Below the pieces are notes generated by a model that was given only the letters and a program-made list of their open reading frames with translations, did no database searches and was not told the DNA's origin. The position numbers were made by a program, and so were the translations under genes. DNA of 64,000 bases from Eledone cirrhosa (taxonomy: Eukaryota). The stretch is taken from positions 9,362,001 through 9,426,000 of the forward strand of contig OZ024761.1 in assembly GCA_964016885.1 (NCBI GenBank), in the 5' to 3' direction. The first letter of the stretch is position 1. Every line of letters begins with the position of its first letter. Shown here in pieces: positions 60,720 through 64,000 of the stretch.

Positions 60720-60724
60720 CATAA

Positions 60725-60760
<36 letters not shown>

Positions 60761-60811
60761 TTATTTATTTATGTATATATATATCTATGTGTTTATATAT
60801 ATATTTATTTA

Positions 60812-60863
<52 letters not shown>

Positions 60864-60981
60864 TAAATAAATATATATATATAAACACATAGATATATAT
60901 ATGTATACATAAATAAATATATATATACATATATATTAAAATATAAATATTAATAAAATAGATGTTCTTTTGATCAATTAA

Positions 60982-61034
60982 ATTTTATTATACATATTTC
61001 AGAGGTACAACAGTACGTCCTCATCAGACAAAAT
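60982..61034 (-). ncRNA. Hammerhead ribozyme (family D-related) at the end of a long AT-rich element (about 60950-61745)
   Basis: Minus strand ATTTTGT CTGATGA GGACGTAC..GTACCTCT GAAA TATGTA TA ATAAAAT; plus-strand relative at 62697-62748. Confidence 0.75.
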
Positions 61035-61741
61035 ATAATGATACATGACATACCCTGAGATGTTAAATGGTTAAGATTTAATCAAGGTAGTGATTAACCT
61101 ATGAGAAAACTCAACATTTATACCCTAATAAAGAGAAAATGCGAAAACGTAATAAATTCAATAGAGAAGGTATGAGTAAGAAAAACGTTGCTTTAAAGTA
61201 ACAGTTATAGAGATTTTAAAATGTGGGATACTACAAATTATGATTATCAAGGAAGACGTCTCTGGAATTATAATTTTATTACAGTTTATGAAGGCAACTG
61301 ATAGATGATTAAAGAGAGGGAGAGATAAAGGGGAGTAATTTATGCAGAAAATTTTTTTTCCCCTTAAGGACTAAGCGGTTAAGTTTCAAAATATTTAATT
61401 TATGTTATTTTAGGGTGAAGAATCAAAATTTTAAGTTTTTAAAAGTTGATGGTTATTTATATTTATTAATTTTATAGATTTTATAAATTTTTTAAATGTG
61501 TTACATTTCTAAAACTCTGAATTTATGAAAAGACAAAATTAAAGGATTTACTAGGCCCGCGAAAGAGAAATATACACTGTTGAATATTCACTTAAAAGTA
61601 ATCTTTAACAAAAATTACCTGTAAGAGTGTCAACATTTTCGGTATGTAAAATTAATGAAGTACTTATTGTTAGAAATATCGAAAAATTTATTGTCAAGTA
61701 GATACATTGTCTAAAGTATAATGATTAACGCAGAGTTTTCA

Positions 61742-61781
<40 letters not shown>

Positions 61782-61831
61782 TAATGAAATGACAGGAGGC
61801 TGGATTTGTGTAAATCCTTGAAAGGTTTATT

Positions 61832-61889
61832 ATACTATGATCATTTCAATGACCGGGTTCCGTATGAATCCGGTGATATCATCAGGTAT
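61832..61889 (-). ncRNA. Type I hammerhead ribozyme, family N
   Basis: Minus strand ATAC CTGATGA TATCACCGGATTC..GAACCCGGTCATT GAAA TGATCA TA GTAT. Confidence 0.8.
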
Positions 61890-62022
61890 TCGAAATATAA
61901 TACGTGAATGTAATAGATAAAATCCATGGGGCTGAAAATCGAGGAGTACTCTCTATATTATTGCATTACGATTGACCATAAGGAATAGACCAGCTCTATA
62001 CAGCGGTGAACCTCAAACCTGA

Positions 62023-62055
<33 letters not shown>

Positions 62056-62964
62056 CATTTATCGCAATAAATTAATATTTATTATATTATATTAAATCAC
62101 TATATTAGTTCTACCTTCATGGGAGGAATGAAACCTAAATAATGGATATGATATTGTACAATATATCTATATTTTCACAAACTATATATAGCGTTAAACC
62201 GAAACGGTAATTATGATTAAGTTATTATACATTATACATATAGATGTAAAAAACCAAATGCAGAGATATACGAAAGAATAATATGATTTTGCTATTAAAC
62301 AATATACACATATTTGCAAAAAAAATTAGGTATAGAGAGATATACTAAGTATTAATGAGAAAGTATACTTTTGGTAAATGATAACGTTTATAATCTTATA
62401 TAACAGATTCAAACATGCAAAGGTTAAATACATACATATATATAAAAGAGTGTAAACGCATGAATGATTCCCAGTTCAAAATAAGGTCCGTAAAAATTTA
62501 CAGGTTGGATATTTGAACTATATTTAAAACATAGATAGAAAAATAAAGATAGAGAAATAATGGTATGGATCAAAGTTAATAATATTATTTTATGTAAATC
62601 AACGTGTCGGCATGTTATTAAAACGTTATTTCTTTTATAGATAGTTATAAGATAAAATAATATTAAAGTCCATTAAGGTGTTCAACTGTTGATTATGTAC
62701 GTCTGATGAGGACGTTCTGTTATACCTCTGAAATATGTATAATAAAATTTAATTGATCAAAAGAACATCTATTTTATAATATTAATAACTCTGGAAAATT
62801 TTTTTTTACTGTAGAGTGCTTCCAATCTACTGTAAAACTTATTCTTTGATGTACTCATCCCAACGACTTTTTTTTAGCCGTTGCTCGCACCAACCTGAGG
62901 TATATGGCCTTTAATGCGACGAAATGCCTACGACGGTTGGATAGCCACTGATGAGGACAAACTT

Positions 62965-63026
<62 letters not shown>

Positions 63027-63037
63027 GTATATATATT

Positions 63038-63174
<137 letters not shown>

Positions 63175-63194
63175 ATATAGTTGAAAATTGCAAA

Positions 63195-63408
63195 CTTGAC
63201 TGTCACCACACATTATGAACCTGAAGATTGCGAAAGCATGAAAGTACTTGTTCAATTAACACTTAACATTTAATATTCTACCATACTATTTGATTCTAAT
63301 ACCATTATAAATTTTAAAGCATTGTAAATAAAATGAGTAAATCAGACAAAGTTGGAATACCTTTTATTAATATAATCTTCTATACACAATCATACACACC
63401 TGTGTATA
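63195..63408 (+). mobile_element. Family M direct arm; HHR at 63216-63254
   Basis: Identical HHR to 60259-60297. Confidence 0.83.
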
Positions 63409-63410
63409 TT

Positions 63411-63471
<61 letters not shown>

Positions 63472-63714
63472 CCTGTCTTAACGACATCACAACTTTCTCC
63501 GCTTGGCCTGTTTCCCCCCTTTTGGAACTTTTCCCCCGTTGATGGGCGTGAGCCCGAAATATTGGGATTAAATCTCTACTACGGTAACCCTTCTACCTTT
63601 GTTTTGTTTTCATCTCTGTCTCTCTCAATTTTCACTTTCTCCTATTTCTCCTATCTATATTTCACTTCCTACCTCGAGATTTCCCTTTGCATTGTTGTGG
63701 CTTTCTTAAATACG

Positions 63715-63755
<41 letters not shown>

Positions 63756-64000
63756 TCTAAATACCTATAAAATATGAAAGCCGCCTGAACCTTGCGCGGC
63801 CATTTTAAGCTCTGAATAACGAAAAAGAAAAAAAACTATAAAAAATATGTAAACTCATTAAATCTAAGGCAAATCGTATAGGTATATGTTGAACTACATT
63901 TACAGTAATGTATTTAGCAACAAAATTAATAGGCCTGTGATACGATATGGATATTTTATAGTCTATGGTAATAAAATATGTAGGATATGGGTAATTACTC

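Noticed and set aside
62948-62965. CTGATGAGGAC as another hammerhead
   Set aside because: No downstream stem II or GAAA before the (TA)n tract

Overview
Eukaryotic, very AT-rich, microsatellite-saturated intergenic or intronic DNA. The repeat style and SINE types suggest an octopus or other cephalopod genome (inference). No host gene can be called with confidence. Almost all listed ORFs are translations of (TA)n, (CA)n, (TACA)n or trinucleotide repeats. The real protein-coding remnants all come from retrotransposons: a 5'-truncated CR1-type RT ORF (1648-3153), a Penelope-like (PLE) GIY-YIG endonuclease fragment (35262-35737), RTE C-termini and an L1/Tx1-like C-terminus. The main discovery is that many of the unique-looking islands between (TA)n tracts belong to about 15 sequence-unrelated families of short non-coding elements, labelled A-O here. 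Each family carries a minimal type I hammerhead ribozyme (HHR); in family E only the 3' half survives. I count roughly 40 cores by eye. Many copies are head-to-head fold-backs with an HHR on each strand and 3' ends pointing outward into (TA)n. Four families use a U3:A8 covariant core (TTGANAA). One family forms a 593-nt tandem retrozyme-like dimer, and family A is physically linked to the PLE GIY-YIG ORF. Also present: tRNA-derived SINEs, mariner- and piggyBac-type MITEs, a Helitron-like element, minisatellites and a 200-N gap. All coordinates and structures were read by eye and may be off by a few nt.
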